NCBI GenBank assembly: GCA_963678315.1
Contig: OY782781.1
Coordinates: 288,001 to 352,000, forward strand
Direction: 5' to 3'
Origin: Candidatus Cloacimonadales bacterium
GTDB lineage: Bacteria > Cloacimonadota > Cloacimonadia > Cloacimonadales > JAFGVF01
DNA length: 64,000 bases
Both the position numbers and the translations under genes were made by a program. The first letter of the stretch is position 1, and the number at the start of each line of letters is the position of its first letter. This document shows, piece by piece, positions 9,762 through 19,855 of the stretch. Below the pieces are notes generated by a model that did no database searches, was not told the DNA's origin, and worked only from the letters and a program-made list of their open reading frames with translations.

Positions 9762-11057
9762 ATGAAACACATCAAAAATTATGACCCTGAATTGTTCGAA
9801 GCAATGAACGATGAACTTGTAAGACAAACTGAGAACTTAGAGTTAATCGCTTCTGAAAACTTCACTTCAATGGCAGTTTTAGAAGCACAAGGTTCTGTAT
9901 TAACAAACAAATATGCAGAAGGTTACCCTTACAGAGTTTCTAAGAAAACAGGAAAAAGAAGCTACAAATTATACGGAAGATATTACGGTGGTTGTGAAAA
10001 CGTTGATAAAGTTGAAGAATTAGCAATTGAAAGAGCTAAAGAGCTTTTCGGTGCAGACCACGCTAACGTACAACCTCACTCAGGCTCACAAGCTAATATG
10101 GGTGCATACTTTGCTGTAATCAAACCTGGAGATACAATTCTTACACTTGAATTAGCTCATGGTGGTCACTTAACTCACGGTCACCCACTCTCATTCTCAG
10201 GTGAGTTATACAATGTAGTTCATTACACTGTTGACCCTAAAACTGAACAATTTGACTATGACCAAATAAGAGAACTAGCTTTAGAGCATAAACCTGCATT
10301 AATTCTTACAGGTGCTTCAGCTTATCCAAGAAAAATTGACTTTGCTAAATTCAGAGAAATCTGTGACGAAGTTGGGGCTAAATTCATGGTTGATATGGCT
10401 CACATTGCAGGGCTTGTTGCAGCAGGTGTACATGAAAATCCTGTACCTTATGCTGATATCGTAACAACTACTACCCATAAAACATTAAGAGGACCTAGAG
10501 CTGGGCTTATCTTATGTAAAGAAGAATATGCTGCTGCTGTTGATGGCCATGTATTCCCTGGAATCCAAGGTGGTCCACTTGAACACGTTATCGCAGCCAA
10601 AGCTGTTGCTTTTAAAGAAGCATTATCTGATGAATTCAAAACTTACCAAAAACAAGTTGTTGCTAACGCAGCTCGTTTAGCTGAAGAATTAGTTAAAAGA
10701 GGTTTCCGCTTAGTTTCTGGTGGTACTGATAATCACTTATTACTAATCGACCTTGGTAATAAGGATTCAGGCGGTCCTTCAGGTAAAAAAATGGAAGGTG
10801 CTCTTGATAAAGCTGGTATCACTGCAAATAAAAACACTATCCCATTTGATACTCGTTCCCCATTCGTAGCTTCTGGAATCAGAATTGGTACTCCTGCTAT
10901 CACTACTAGAGGAATGAAAGAAGATGATATGGCTGTTGTTGCTGAATTCATCAAGCAAGTATTCGATAACTATGAAAATGAAGAAAAATTAGCTGAAATT
11001 AAAAAAGAAGTTAGAGAATTTACTACCAAATTCCCTCTCTACCCAGAATTATACTAG
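9762..11057 (+). CDS. glyA: Serine hydroxymethyltransferase
   Basis: [52 protein letters not shown]. Confidence 0.97.
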   Translation: MKHIKNYDPELFEAMNDELVRQTENLELIASENFTSMAVLEAQGSVLTNKYAEGYPYRVSKKTGKRSYKLYGRYYGGCENVDKVEELAIERAKELFGADHANVQPHSGSQANMGAYFAVIKPGDTILTLELAHGGHLTHGHPLSFSGELYNVVHYTVDPKTEQFDYDQIRELALEHKPALILTGASAYPRKIDFAKFREICDEVGAKFMVDMAHIAGLVAAGVHENPVPYADIVTTTTHKTLRGPRAGLILCKEEYAAAVDGHVFPGIQGGPLEHVIAAKAVAFKEALSDEFKTYQKQVVANAARLAEELVKRGFRLVSGGTDNHLLLIDLGNKDSGGPSGKKMEGALDKAGITANKNTIPFDTRSPFVASGIRIGTPAITTRGMKEDDMAVVAEFIKQVFDNYENEEKLAEIKKEVREFTTKFPLYPELY

Positions 11058-11087
11058 ACATAAATAATATATTTAGTCAAAACACTA

Positions 11088-11123
11088 AAGAGACTGAGGA
11101 TTATTCTTCAGTCTCTTCTTTTT
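11088..11123 (+). terminator. Rho-independent terminator after glyA
   Basis: AAGAGACTGAGGA-ttat-TCTTCAGTCTCTT followed by a T-rich tract. Confidence 0.8.
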
Positions 11124-11302
11124 ATTTTAAAGTAATTTTACAAGACATCTAATCATGATATTTATATTATTTACTAATTATCTATTAATCCAATAAAATA
11201 TTTCACAACACAATAGCCTATTATAAAAGCATCCCCACCATTATAGAAAGAAAAGACTTTAATAAGTCTTGACATATCGATATAAAATTATTTATTTGAA
11301 CT

Positions 11303-11482
11303 ATCGTTAGTTTTTTTGATATATACTAATCATAGTTATTAAATTTAATTGTTAAATGATTTATGATTTTTCCTTTCCATCAAGTGGATCTTAAGATTAA
11401 GACCCACTTAATTGAGATATTATTTCCTGATACATATAAAATCCCAAAACGGGGGCGTTTCCTGGCCCCCTTTCCTTTTTTC
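11303..11482 (+). ncRNA. Candidate small RNA between glyA and the MATE gene
   Basis: Orphan TTGACA at 11269-11274 after the glyA terminator; hairpin 11382-11409; terminator-like GGGGGC-gtttcctg-GCCCCC plus a U-rich tract (11451-11481). The strand is uncertain. Confidence 0.3.
11451..11481. terminator. GC-rich hairpin terminator, possibly bidirectional
   Basis: GGGGGCgtttcctgGCCCCC with TTTCCTTTTTT on + and GTTTT on -; about 50 nt past the MATE stop. Confidence 0.65.
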
Positions 11483-11522
11483 TAAATTACAAAATTCTTT
11501 CTATATTATCCAGAACCCTCTT

Positions 11523-12947
11523 CTAGTTTCTTCCTCCTAAACATCTTTTATCCCTCCAAGCCCTTTTATCAAATCTATAAATAAGTTGAGTAATAGCTTT
11601 TGGTCCACAGATATCTGGATGTTTTATCAATAAAATCATGAACCATCCACTAAGAATCACACCTTTAAAGACGCTACTCATTGAGATTGACCACCATACA
11701 CCATTTAAACCCAATAAAGCAGCAGAAGATAGGAGCATAGCTCCAGGAACTCTTAAGCCAGTAAAGATAATGCTTACTGTTGATGGAGGAAGTGTTTTAC
11801 CTAGTCCATTAAAAGCACCTTGAGAAGTAATCTCGATACACATGAAGAACTGAGATAAACCTAGAATCCTAAGATAATCGCCTCCCACAGCTAGAGCTTC
11901 AGGATCGTTAGGAATGAACAATTTAAACAATGGTTCAGCAAAGAAAATCAACAGAATTGAAGCAAAAACACCAATTGTCCCAGATAGGGCTAAAGTAGTA
12001 AAATAACCTTTAGAGATTCTATTCCACTTTTTAGCACCAAAGTTTTGTCCGACAAAAGAACTTAAGGCAGTAGAAAATCCGCTGGCTGTCATCCATGAGA
12101 TTGCTTCTATTTGACTACCAACCTTCTGTACAGCAATAGGAATAGGACCCCACTGAGCAACAATCTTTGCTAAAAATGACGCAAATATGGTGAATAATCC
12201 ACTTTGGAGACCTACTGGATAACCAAATTTAATTATTCTTTTCTGTATATCAAGTATGGGCTTCTTAAAGAAATGAAATTCCTCAAATGGAGCTTTCTTA
12301 CTTCTAAATAAAGCTATAAAAAGAAGGGTTACTACTGCTTGTGAAAAAACAGTTGCATAACCAGCACCATCTGCACCGAGGTTAAACTTAAATATTAGCA
12401 ATGGGTCAAGTACTATATTGATAACCAATCCAATGGAGTTAATATAAAAGGGTATCTTACTATTGCCCATTCCATTATAAATACCAGATAAGACAGGATT
12501 TATAAAAGTGAATATCATACCCCAGGAAACAATTTTCAGATAACTTATTGCATCTTCTATAACTTTAGGATTACCCAAATCAAAAAAAGCAATTAACTTA
12601 GTAGATAAGCTTATGAGTAAGATTGTGTATACAATGCTCATGACAATAGACAATTGGAGAGCATTACGTGCAAAATCCCTGGCTAGTAATCTGTCTTGTT
12701 TACCAATGGATTGAGCAACACCGACTTCAGCCCCCACTTTAGCGATAATAATAAAGGCAAAAGAGAACCAAATCAAGAAACCAGCTGTTCCAACCGAAGC
12801 TACAGAATTAGCCCCTACCCTGCCTAGCCACATCATATCAGTCATGTTGTAAGCCATCTGGATAAATGACTGCCCCATTATTGGCAAGGAAAGTAAGGTT
12901 ATTGTCTTTAGTATCCCACCGTTAGTTAAATCTTTAGCACTACTCAT
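11523..12947 (-). CDS. MATE family efflux transporter
   Basis: DLTNG.I.K....LSLPI, YNMTDMMWLGRVG, NIVLDPLLIF, GAGYATVFSQ, VGQNFGAK; about 12 TM segments. Confidence 0.92.
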   Translation of the reverse strand: MSSAKDLTNGGILKTITLLSLPIMGQSFIQMAYNMTDMMWLGRVGANSVASVGTAGFLIWFSFAFIIIAKVGAEVGVAQSIGKQDRLLARDFARNALQLSIVMSIVYTILLISLSTKLIAFFDLGNPKVIEDAISYLKIVSWGMIFTFINPVLSGIYNGMGNSKIPFYINSIGLVINIVLDPLLIFKFNLGADGAGYATVFSQAVVTLLFIALFRSKKAPFEEFHFFKKPILDIQKRIIKFGYPVGLQSGLFTIFASFLAKIVAQWGPIPIAVQKVGSQIEAISWMTASGFSTALSSFVGQNFGAKKWNRISKGYFTTLALSGTIGVFASILLIFFAEPLFKLFIPNDPEALAVGGDYLRILGLSQFFMCIEITSQGAFNGLGKTLPPSTVSIIFTGLRVPGAMLLSSAALLGLNGVWWSISMSSVFKGVILSGWFMILLIKHPDICGPKAITQLIYRFDKRAWRDKRCLGGRN

Positions 12948-13148
12948 GTGTTTGTTCTCTCTTTTCTTGATTTTAAGTAATATATCTATATAGATTATTT
13001 AATCTTTTAGTAAGCATTTATACGTCAATAAAAATATACTTAATAATTGTATTGCTAACCAGAAATATGTTCTATTTATGCAAATTTAATGTTCGTATAA
13101 ATATAATTACTAAGGATAACTGACAAAAGATATTTTATAAAAAAGTTA

Positions 13149-13189
13149 TTGACACAAAACAATATTTATTTAAGTTAGTAATATCTAAC
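13149..13189 (+). promoter_or_regulatory. feoA promoter with an overlapping palindromic operator (DtxR/MntR-family-like)
   Basis: TTGACA 13149-13154, TAAGTT 13171-13176; palindrome GTTAG-taatat-CTAAC 13174-13189. Confidence 0.5.
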
Positions 13190-13205
13190 CTAAATGAGGT
13201 GTTTT

Positions 13206-13538
13206 ATGAATGATAATGAAAGATTGTCTTTAAAAGATGTTCCAATTGGTGAAAGAGTTCACATAATAGGATTCGCTAACAATGATAAAAGCTATAGACA
13301 AAAGTTATTTAGTCTTGGTTTAATGAGAGGTGAGCATATTCGTGTTACTAAGAAAGCACCACTTGGCGACCCAATAGAAGTATGTGTTAATGGTTCAAAA
13401 GTATCACTGAGAAAAGAAGAAGCTAAAGAACTTTTAGTTGAAGTTGATATGAATGATCGTTGCCATGGAAGACACAGAAATCATGGTGCACAGTCAGGTT
13501 GTAAACGTAGGGGTTTAAGAAGGTTTTTTAACAAATAA
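13206..13538 (+). CDS. feoA: Ferrous iron transport protein A with a His/Cys/Arg-rich tail
   Basis: RQKLFSLGL.RG, APLGDPIE, SLRKEEA; likely start at ATG 13206 after GAGGT. Confidence 0.88.
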   Translation: MNDNERLSLKDVPIGERVHIIGFANNDKSYRQKLFSLGLMRGEHIRVTKKAPLGDPIEVCVNGSKVSLRKEEAKELLVEVDMNDRCHGRHRNHGAQSGCKRRGLRRFFNK

Positions 13539-13565
13539 AATTAATTATTATATACTGATTTATCT

Positions 13566-13594
13566 GAGCTTTGGTAATCCAAAGCTCTTTTTTT
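13566..13594 (+). terminator. Rho-independent terminator after feoA
   Basis: GAGCTTTGG-taat-CCAAAGCTC followed by T7. Confidence 0.85.
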
Positions 13595-13665
13595 ATGCTA
13601 GATGATTAACGTCCTTTATCACATGAGCCTTTAAATAAAGAACTTAAGTTCCTTATATAAATTTG

Positions 13666-14487
13666 TTATTTAATATTTAGTAGAATAACACCGATTAAGA
13701 TTAATCCAAAGATTACATATTGGAACTTAGAGAACTTAGTTCTCCAGATAATTTTATCAGAGATGAAGCCTAATAGAACTACATTTGAAGCAACAAAGGG
13801 ATAGGCTAAAGAAGCATCCACATTGTTCAGTCCTTTTAAAAAGAAGAAAGAAGTAAGCTGATTAGGGATACCTAGTAAAAGGCCAATAGCAATGTATTTC
13901 CATTGAATTGCTTTCTTCTTATAGATAATAAGAATCAAGTTTATTATAAAAGCGAAAGTAAACAGATAGAATATCATTTGATTGTTTGATGTATCTGCAA
14001 GTTCTTTAAAGAATTTCAATCCCAATTCAGTAAACCCAGTGCAAACAAACAAGGCTAATAACCAAAACTTATATTTTATACTTCCCTTTCTTCCCATTAA
14101 GACGAAAGCTAGAATAACTATAGCTATACCTATATACTTAACTGCTTGTAAATGTTCTCCAAATACTAAAATTGAAACAGCAACTGGCACAACTAGAGAG
14201 ACTCGCATAACAGATATGCTAATAGACATTCCATTCTTAAAGATATTTTCCTGATATATAAGGAAATTAACTAAGAATAAAGTACCAAAAACAGCACCTA
14301 AGCCTAAATCTCCACTTCTAAAGGTTGTATCAAATTCTTCAATTAACAAGAAGGATATTACGCTTGCTAAGAAGTAGTTACCCAAGAATATTTGAAGAAT
14401 AGGGACTTTATTATTCTTGTTTTTTACAATATGTAATATATGTCCGATAGCAACTGAGCAAATAACACTTAGAACTAAAAATAGCAT
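13666..14487 (-). CDS. EamA/DMT superfamily transporter
   Basis: About 10 hydrophobic helices in two repeated halves; VPVAVSILVFGE motif. Confidence 0.75.
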   Translation of the reverse strand: MLFLVLSVICSVAIGHILHIVKNKNNKVPILQIFLGNYFLASVISFLLIEEFDTTFRSGDLGLGAVFGTLFLVNFLIYQENIFKNGMSISISVMRVSLVVPVAVSILVFGEHLQAVKYIGIAIVILAFVLMGRKGSIKYKFWLLALFVCTGFTELGLKFFKELADTSNNQMIFYLFTFAFIINLILIIYKKKAIQWKYIAIGLLLGIPNQLTSFFFLKGLNNVDASLAYPFVASNVVLLGFISDKIIWRTKFSKFQYVIFGLILIGVILLNIK

Positions 14488-14490
14488 GAT

Positions 14491-15396
14491 CTATCCCCTA
14501 TCCGGTCTTAATCTAAGCTTCCAAAACTTCCCTTTATATTGGGATATGAAAAGTCCTAATATCACAGTTGCAATACCTATTGCTTTAACAGTAGATATTG
14601 TTTCATTAAGAATAAAGAAAGCAAATACTGCAGTGAATACAGGTATTAGGTTGGTAAAAAGATTTGCTAAACTTGCTCCCATACCCCGCACAACTTCTGT
14701 GAAAAGAATAAAAGCTAGTACTGAACCAAACACTGACAGTTTGATTATTACTAAATAGATTGAAAAGGAATGATCTACTGCCAAAAACTTCTCCAAATCA
14801 AAGATTAAGAAGAAGGGTAAAAAATATAATGCTCCAATTTGTGACTGGATTTTTACTATAGTTATGCTTTTATATACATGGGTTAATTTCTTCACAATAA
14901 TACCATAAGCGATTCCGGCAAAGACAGCAAAGAATTCTAAAGCTACTCCAATTAGTGAACCAGATACATCCATATCTTCTAAAACAATTGCTAGAATACC
15001 AACAAATGAAACAACTAAGCCTATGACTCCCCATTTACCCAACCTTTCTTTAAGAAAGATATAAGCGAATATTGGAGTAAAGAGAGGTATTGTAGAAATA
15101 ATTAATGACCCAAGTGTTGATGAAACATATTTTAATCCAAAGCTCTCTCCAAGAAAGTAGCAGAAGGGTTCAGCAAAAGACAGCAACAAAAAAGTTCCCC
15201 AATGCTTCTTATCTATAGCTTCATGTTTTTTAAACACTCTACAATAAACTTCTAAAAGAACACCTGCCAAAACTAATCTTAAAAAGACTATTGTAAAGGG
15301 TTCAAAGTTCTTATACGCTACTTTAAACCAAACAAATGTACTAGACCAAAATATCATAGAAAGCACTGCAAAGAAATATAGTTTTATTTTATCCAT
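14491..15396 (-). CDS. EamA/DMT superfamily transporter
   Basis: FWSSTF, FLRL, STIPLFTPIFAYIFLKERL, NLIPVFTAVFAFFILNE; start probably MDKIK after GAGG. Confidence 0.88.
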   Translation of the reverse strand: MDKIKLYFFAVLSMIFWSSTFVWFKVAYKNFEPFTIVFLRLVLAGVLLEVYCRVFKKHEAIDKKHWGTFLLLSFAEPFCYFLGESFGLKYVSSTLGSLIISTIPLFTPIFAYIFLKERLGKWGVIGLVVSFVGILAIVLEDMDVSGSLIGVALEFFAVFAGIAYGIIVKKLTHVYKSITIVKIQSQIGALYFLPFFLIFDLEKFLAVDHSFSIYLVIIKLSVFGSVLAFILFTEVVRGMGASLANLFTNLIPVFTAVFAFFILNETISTVKAIGIATVILGLFISQYKGKFWKLRLRPDRG

Positions 15397-15564
15397 CAAT
15401 CCTCTAAATTTTATAATTATTAAGTAAATATCTCTTAAGGTATTTAATTTCTAGAGTCTAAAAAGTATTTATAGATAATATGTAAAGAAAAAAAGTCTTG
15501 CCTAAAAAAGTAGCATAATCAAAATTTAGTAAAATGCTGGTTTTAATATTATTTGGAGATAAAT

Positions 15565-16398
15565 ATGCTAGGTATTCCCTTGAATGATCTGATTTTTGCC
15601 TTTAGTCTTACAATGTTTGCAGGTCTTGCTACCGGTATTGGTTCATTTCTTGCTTTCTTTGCCAAAAAAACTAATACTAAATTCTTATCAATATCATTAG
15701 GATTTTCTGCAGGGGTCATGATATACGTGTCCATGATAGAGATTTTTGCAAAAGCTCAGGATTCCCTTGCTGTTTATTTTGAAGAATTGGGTTCTCCAAA
15801 CTTTGAATTCAAATCATCACTCTACACAACAATGGCATTCTTTGCTGGAATGTTGTTAATTGCTTTAATTGATAAACTCGTTCCCTCTTACGAGAACCCT
15901 CATGAAGTTAAATCAATCGAAGCCATGAATAATCCTGACATGAAAAAATCCCTTATGAGAATGGGTACACTTTCAGCATTAGCTATTGCTATCCACAACT
16001 TCCCTGAAGGTTTGGCTACTTTTACATCAGCGTTAAAAGACCCTTCTTTAGGAATAGGAATTGCTGTCGCTATTGCAATACATAACATCCCTGAAGGAAT
16101 AGCTGTTTCTGTGCCGATATATTATGCAACCGGTAGCAGAAAGAAAGCTTTTTGGTATTCATTTGCATCTGGACTCTCAGAACCAGTTGGTGCTCTTCTA
16201 GGCTTCTTAATTCTACAACCATTCATGAATGATTTGTTATTTGGCATGATCTTTGCCTCAGTTGCCGGAATCATGGTCTTCATCTCATTTGATGAGCTCT
16301 TACCAACATCTGAGAAATATGGAGAACACCATCTATCTATTTATGGACTAATTGCCGGCATGGTTATTATGGCAGCAAGTTTAGTATTATTCACTTAA
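15565..16398 (+). CDS. zupT: ZIP-family zinc/divalent metal transporter
   Basis: LGFSAGVMIYVS, ENPHE, HNFPEGLATF, HNIPEGIAVSVP, DELLP; ATG 15565 after GGAG. Confidence 0.92.
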   Translation: MLGIPLNDLIFAFSLTMFAGLATGIGSFLAFFAKKTNTKFLSISLGFSAGVMIYVSMIEIFAKAQDSLAVYFEELGSPNFEFKSSLYTTMAFFAGMLLIALIDKLVPSYENPHEVKSIEAMNNPDMKKSLMRMGTLSALAIAIHNFPEGLATFTSALKDPSLGIGIAVAIAIHNIPEGIAVSVPIYYATGSRKKAFWYSFASGLSEPVGALLGFLILQPFMNDLLFGMIFASVAGIMVFISFDELLPTSEKYGEHHLSIYGLIAGMVIMAASLVLFT

Positions 16399-16415
16399 AT
16401 TAAAAGGATATCTTT

Positions 16416-18992
16416 TTGCAATCAACTTATAAAAGTAAGCTATATGGAATAATATGTATTGTGGTTCTACTAACAATATTACTTGTTCTAATAGCAGTAA
16501 ATAACTATAGCGTTGGAAGAGATAGTATCATTCATATTTCTTCTATTCTTGCTAACGAGAAGAAAGCACTTTCAGTTAGAGAATCTATCGATAAAAGCAT
16601 TACAGAATTCACTGTACGCAATAGTTCAGAGATTGTCCAACGAGATTTGCGAGAATGTGATGAAAAGCTCAATGAACTTAATTCTTATTCTTCGTCCATA
16701 TCTAAATCAAAGATATACGAATTAAAGAATATTGTTAACAATATCTCTGCTTTAGTTAAAAAGAATACAGAACTTAGAGCTAGTCTTGATAGCCGAAAAA
16801 GTAACATTGATAATATTTATTTAAGTATTCTAGAAAACAATAAATTTGATCATTATAAAGCTTTGATAGCCTTTCACGATTCCCTCAAAATCAGCAATGA
16901 TTTTAATGTTAAAGTTACTAAGACTGATCTAGACAATATTTTTACTCGTTTAAGCCAAAACAATGTTAATGAAGTATATCTAAACCAATATTATGATATT
17001 ACACTTCCTTACATTAATGACCTTTCTCAATTATTAACTAACAAAGAAAAAATAAGAACTTTATTTTTACAGTTTAAGAAAAGTTATAACACTCTTTCTG
17101 AAGATATTTACCATGAAATAGAGTCAAATCTACATAGTGCTATAGAAATTAAGCAAAATAACTTAATATCAAGCATAATGTTTATTATTCTGGCATGGAC
17201 TATTACAATTATAATTCTTGTTTTCTTGATACGTTCAATTTTAAACCCATTATACAAACTTAAAAAAGTCATTAAGAAAGCCCAATTAAGGGATTTTAAT
17301 GACAGATTTTCTAGTAAGTACAAAAATGAGATTTCGAGTATTGGCACATCATTTAATTCTCTGCTTCGTAGTCTTGAAAATTACCAAATAGAAGTAGAAG
17401 AACAAAAAAAGACTCTTGAGAATGCAGTCAAACAAAGAACTATCGAACTAGAAAAACAAACTGAACTAGCTATCGATTCTAGCAAAGCTAAGACTAGTTT
17501 CTTGGCTAAAATGTCTCATGAAATTAGAACCCCATTAAATGGCATTATTTCGACTACTGAGCTACTTTCCGAAACTTCAGTTGATCCCAACCAGAAGGAT
17601 ATTATTAACATCATAAATGCTTCAGGAAAATCTCTTCTAAATATCATTAATGATATTCTTGATTTCTCAAAAATTGAAGCTGGTAAAATGAGCTTAGATT
17701 CTAGACCTTTCTCTCTTAAACAGCTTATTCATAACTCCACTAACCAGTTTAAACAGTTAGCAACTAAGAAAGGAATAAGTATTGATATAGAGCATAAAAA
17801 CCACCTTTATGACTTCTTTAAAGGAGATGATCATAGAATTAAACAAGTTTTGATTAATCTTATTGGTAATGCAATTAAGTTCACTCAAACTGGCCAAGTA
17901 AAAGTTATTACTGAGTACAAAGTTAAAGATAATATTGATTATATTTGCTTTATGGTTTCTGATACAGGTATTGGTGTTGACGATGAACATAAACTTCGCA
18001 TTTTTGAATCCTTCTCACAAGCTGACAATTCAATCTCTAGAAAGTTTGGAGGAACAGGACTCGGTATATCAATTTCTAGTAACATCATCGAGTTAATGAA
18101 TGGTAAACTAAAAGTAGAAAGCCCTAATCCTCTACTTGAAAATAGTCAAGATAAAGGTTCCTTATTTTCTTTTGAAATTGAACTTCAACACCTAGAAGAC
18201 ATTAATATTCTTCATGGGCCAGAAGCTATTAAGATAAGTGATGTAAAACTTATAAGTCTTACAGATAGAAAGTTACTTAATATCATGTCTTTAGCAGAAA
18301 TGCTTAAAATTGAAAATATTGATTTGCCTGATCTTGAATCATTAGTTAATTACCAATACAGCAAATCCCACATAGTTTTGATTGATGAGCATTTTCTAAA
18401 CAAAACTAATTATGATATTATAAACAGAATCATAGATAAGACAAATGGTAGGGTATTTATTGCAGTAGATAAGAATTTTGAATATGATGATGAGAGATTT
18501 AGGCTACTTAAAAAACTAACAATTATCAATTTCAACATCTCTTATTCTGCATTCCTTAATGAACTCGAGGGAATATTCAATAATAAAGTAGACTTAACTA
18601 ATAAACTTAAACTCAAACATTTATCTATTTTAGTTGCTGAAGATAATAAAATTAACCAAAGGGTTGCTAGGAAAATTTTCCAGAGACTTGGTTACTCTAT
18701 TGATATTGCCAATAATGGAGAGGAAGCAGTCAAACTCGCAAAAGAGAATGACTTCAATATCATTTTTATGGATTTACATATGCCTATCATGGACGGTTTT
18801 GAAGCAACATCACGAATCAGGAAATTCGACACAAGAATACCTATAATAGCTATGACTGCTGATGTTCTAGAATCTAGTAAAGAAAAATCTAAAATGATTT
18901 CTATGAATGATTATATTTTAAAACCTATTTCTCCAGATGTTATATCTAAAACCCTTAAAGCCCATATAGATAATTCTCTTTTGAAAGATTAA
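16416..18992 (+). CDS. Membrane-bound hybrid sensor histidine kinase (HAMP-HisKA-HATPase, degenerate REC, REC)
   Basis: FLAKMSHEIRTPLNG H-box, NLIGNAIKFT, DTGIG, GGTGLG; receiver VAEDN...FMDLHMP.MDG...KP; two TM segments; TTG start after AAGGA. Confidence 0.92.
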   Translation: MQSTYKSKLYGIICIVVLLTILLVLIAVNNYSVGRDSIIHISSILANEKKALSVRESIDKSITEFTVRNSSEIVQRDLRECDEKLNELNSYSSSISKSKIYELKNIVNNISALVKKNTELRASLDSRKSNIDNIYLSILENNKFDHYKALIAFHDSLKISNDFNVKVTKTDLDNIFTRLSQNNVNEVYLNQYYDITLPYINDLSQLLTNKEKIRTLFLQFKKSYNTLSEDIYHEIESNLHSAIEIKQNNLISSIMFIILAWTITIIILVFLIRSILNPLYKLKKVIKKAQLRDFNDRFSSKYKNEISSIGTSFNSLLRSLENYQIEVEEQKKTLENAVKQRTIELEKQTELAIDSSKAKTSFLAKMSHEIRTPLNGIISTTELLSETSVDPNQKDIINIINASGKSLLNIINDILDFSKIEAGKMSLDSRPFSLKQLIHNSTNQFKQLATKKGISIDIEHKNHLYDFFKGDDHRIKQVLINLIGNAIKFTQTGQVKVITEYKVKDNIDYICFMVSDTGIGVDDEHKLRIFESFSQADNSISRKFGGTGLGISISSNIIELMNGKLKVESPNPLLENSQDKGSLFSFEIELQHLEDINILHGPEAIKISDVKLISLTDRKLLNIMSLAEMLKIENIDLPDLESLVNYQYSKSHIVLIDEHFLNKTNYDIINRIIDKTNGRVFIAVDKNFEYDDERFRLLKKLTIINFNISYSAFLNELEGIFNNKVDLTNKLKLKHLSILVAEDNKINQRVARKIFQRLGYSIDIANNGEEAVKLAKENDFNIIFMDLHMPIMDGFEATSRIRKFDTRIPIIAMTADVLESSKEKSKMISMNDYILKPISPDVISKTLKAHIDNSLLKD

Positions 18993-19025
18993 TTATATGA
19001 AGCCTTTTTCATTGTGATACCTTGA

Positions 19026-19613
19026 CCCTTACTAGTCTCCTTGAAAAAATACCGTTTTTTTAAGGAGGCAAGTAAGGCTGGAGTAATGCATTATAAAGGA
19101 TTCTATAAAATACCCTTGAAGGGTAAATTATTCAAAGCCCATGATTTCAATCATGGGATATTATTACCATATACTCTTATAGTCCTGGAGGGACTTTTAG
19201 ATTCAACCCTATATCTCGTAAGTACTTTCAGCACTCCCCCTTAAAATGTTGTGACTTTACCTAGCTTTGAAAAGCTAGGCTTTGGAGAATTAATCCTTTC
19301 AGGATATAATATGTCTAATTTTACCTAGCTAATCATCTTGCTGGAAAGGTTTATGGTCATATTAGCCAGTAACAAGGTGAATATAGATTTCATTTGCTTC
19401 ATTTTCAATTGAGGCTAGCATTCGATAAATTAAAAAAAATACCCTGAAAGGGTAAATTATTCAATCCCATGATTTCAATCATGGGATTCAGATAGAACTA
19501 AGTTCATGCTTACACAAGTTGTTTAAGTTCTTTTCGTAGCCAAGGATGGCTACAATCCAAAACCCTTCGTAGCCAGGGATGGCTACAATCCAAAACCCTT
19601 CGTAGCCAAGGAT
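19026..19613. repeat. Mosaic REP-like palindrome island 2
   Basis: CCTTACTAGTCTCCTTGAAAAAA...AAGGAGGCAAGTAAGG (19026-19077, same family as 7141); two copies of ATACCCT(T)GAA(A)GGGTAAATTATTCAA..CCCATGATTTCAATCATGGGAT (~19110 and ~19439); GAACTAAGTTCATGCTTACAC (inverse of 6951); 33-bp tandem. Confidence 0.8.
19533..19613. repeat. 33-bp tandem repeat (about 2.5 copies) with internal palindrome
   Basis: TTCGTAGCCARGGATGGCTACAATCCAAAACCC starts at 19533, 19566 and 19599 (partial); palindrome GTAGCCA-N4-TGGCTAC. Confidence 0.85.
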
Positions 19614-19794
19614 TGTGACTAACGAAGACTATTCCTTCAACCAACATATAGTTTGAAATCAATTCTAAGAGGTCAAAAGCACTCCTTTTAGAGCACTAAA
19701 TTATAATTCTATAATATAAGCTCATATACCATTTATAGAGAAAACAACAGCCTATTTACTAATTATATATATTAGGAGATAGATAATAATTAGC

Positions 19795-19826
19795 AAAAAA
19801 GAAAAAGACGCCTGTAAAGGCGTCTT
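19795..19826 (-). terminator. Rho-independent terminator closing the TonB/PorV cluster
   Basis: AAGACGCC-tttaca-GGCGTCTT followed by TTTCTTTTTT. Confidence 0.85.
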
Positions 19827-19855
19827 AATATTTTAATTTTTAACGAAATAACTAA

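Noticed and set aside
16416..18992. Hybrid kinase as the regulator of the TonB/PorV cluster
   Set aside because: It follows zupT on the opposite strand and is separated by a repeat island; proximity is the only link.
19041..19244. 67-aa ORF, and similar ORFs at 41497-41679, 47425-47607 and 47471-47704
   Set aside because: They lie within REP-like repeat islands and show no clear RBS or recognisable motifs.
19533..19613. Possible mini-CRISPR array
   Set aside because: The sequences between the palindromes are identical rather than unique spacers, and there are no cas genes; it is a tandem repeat.
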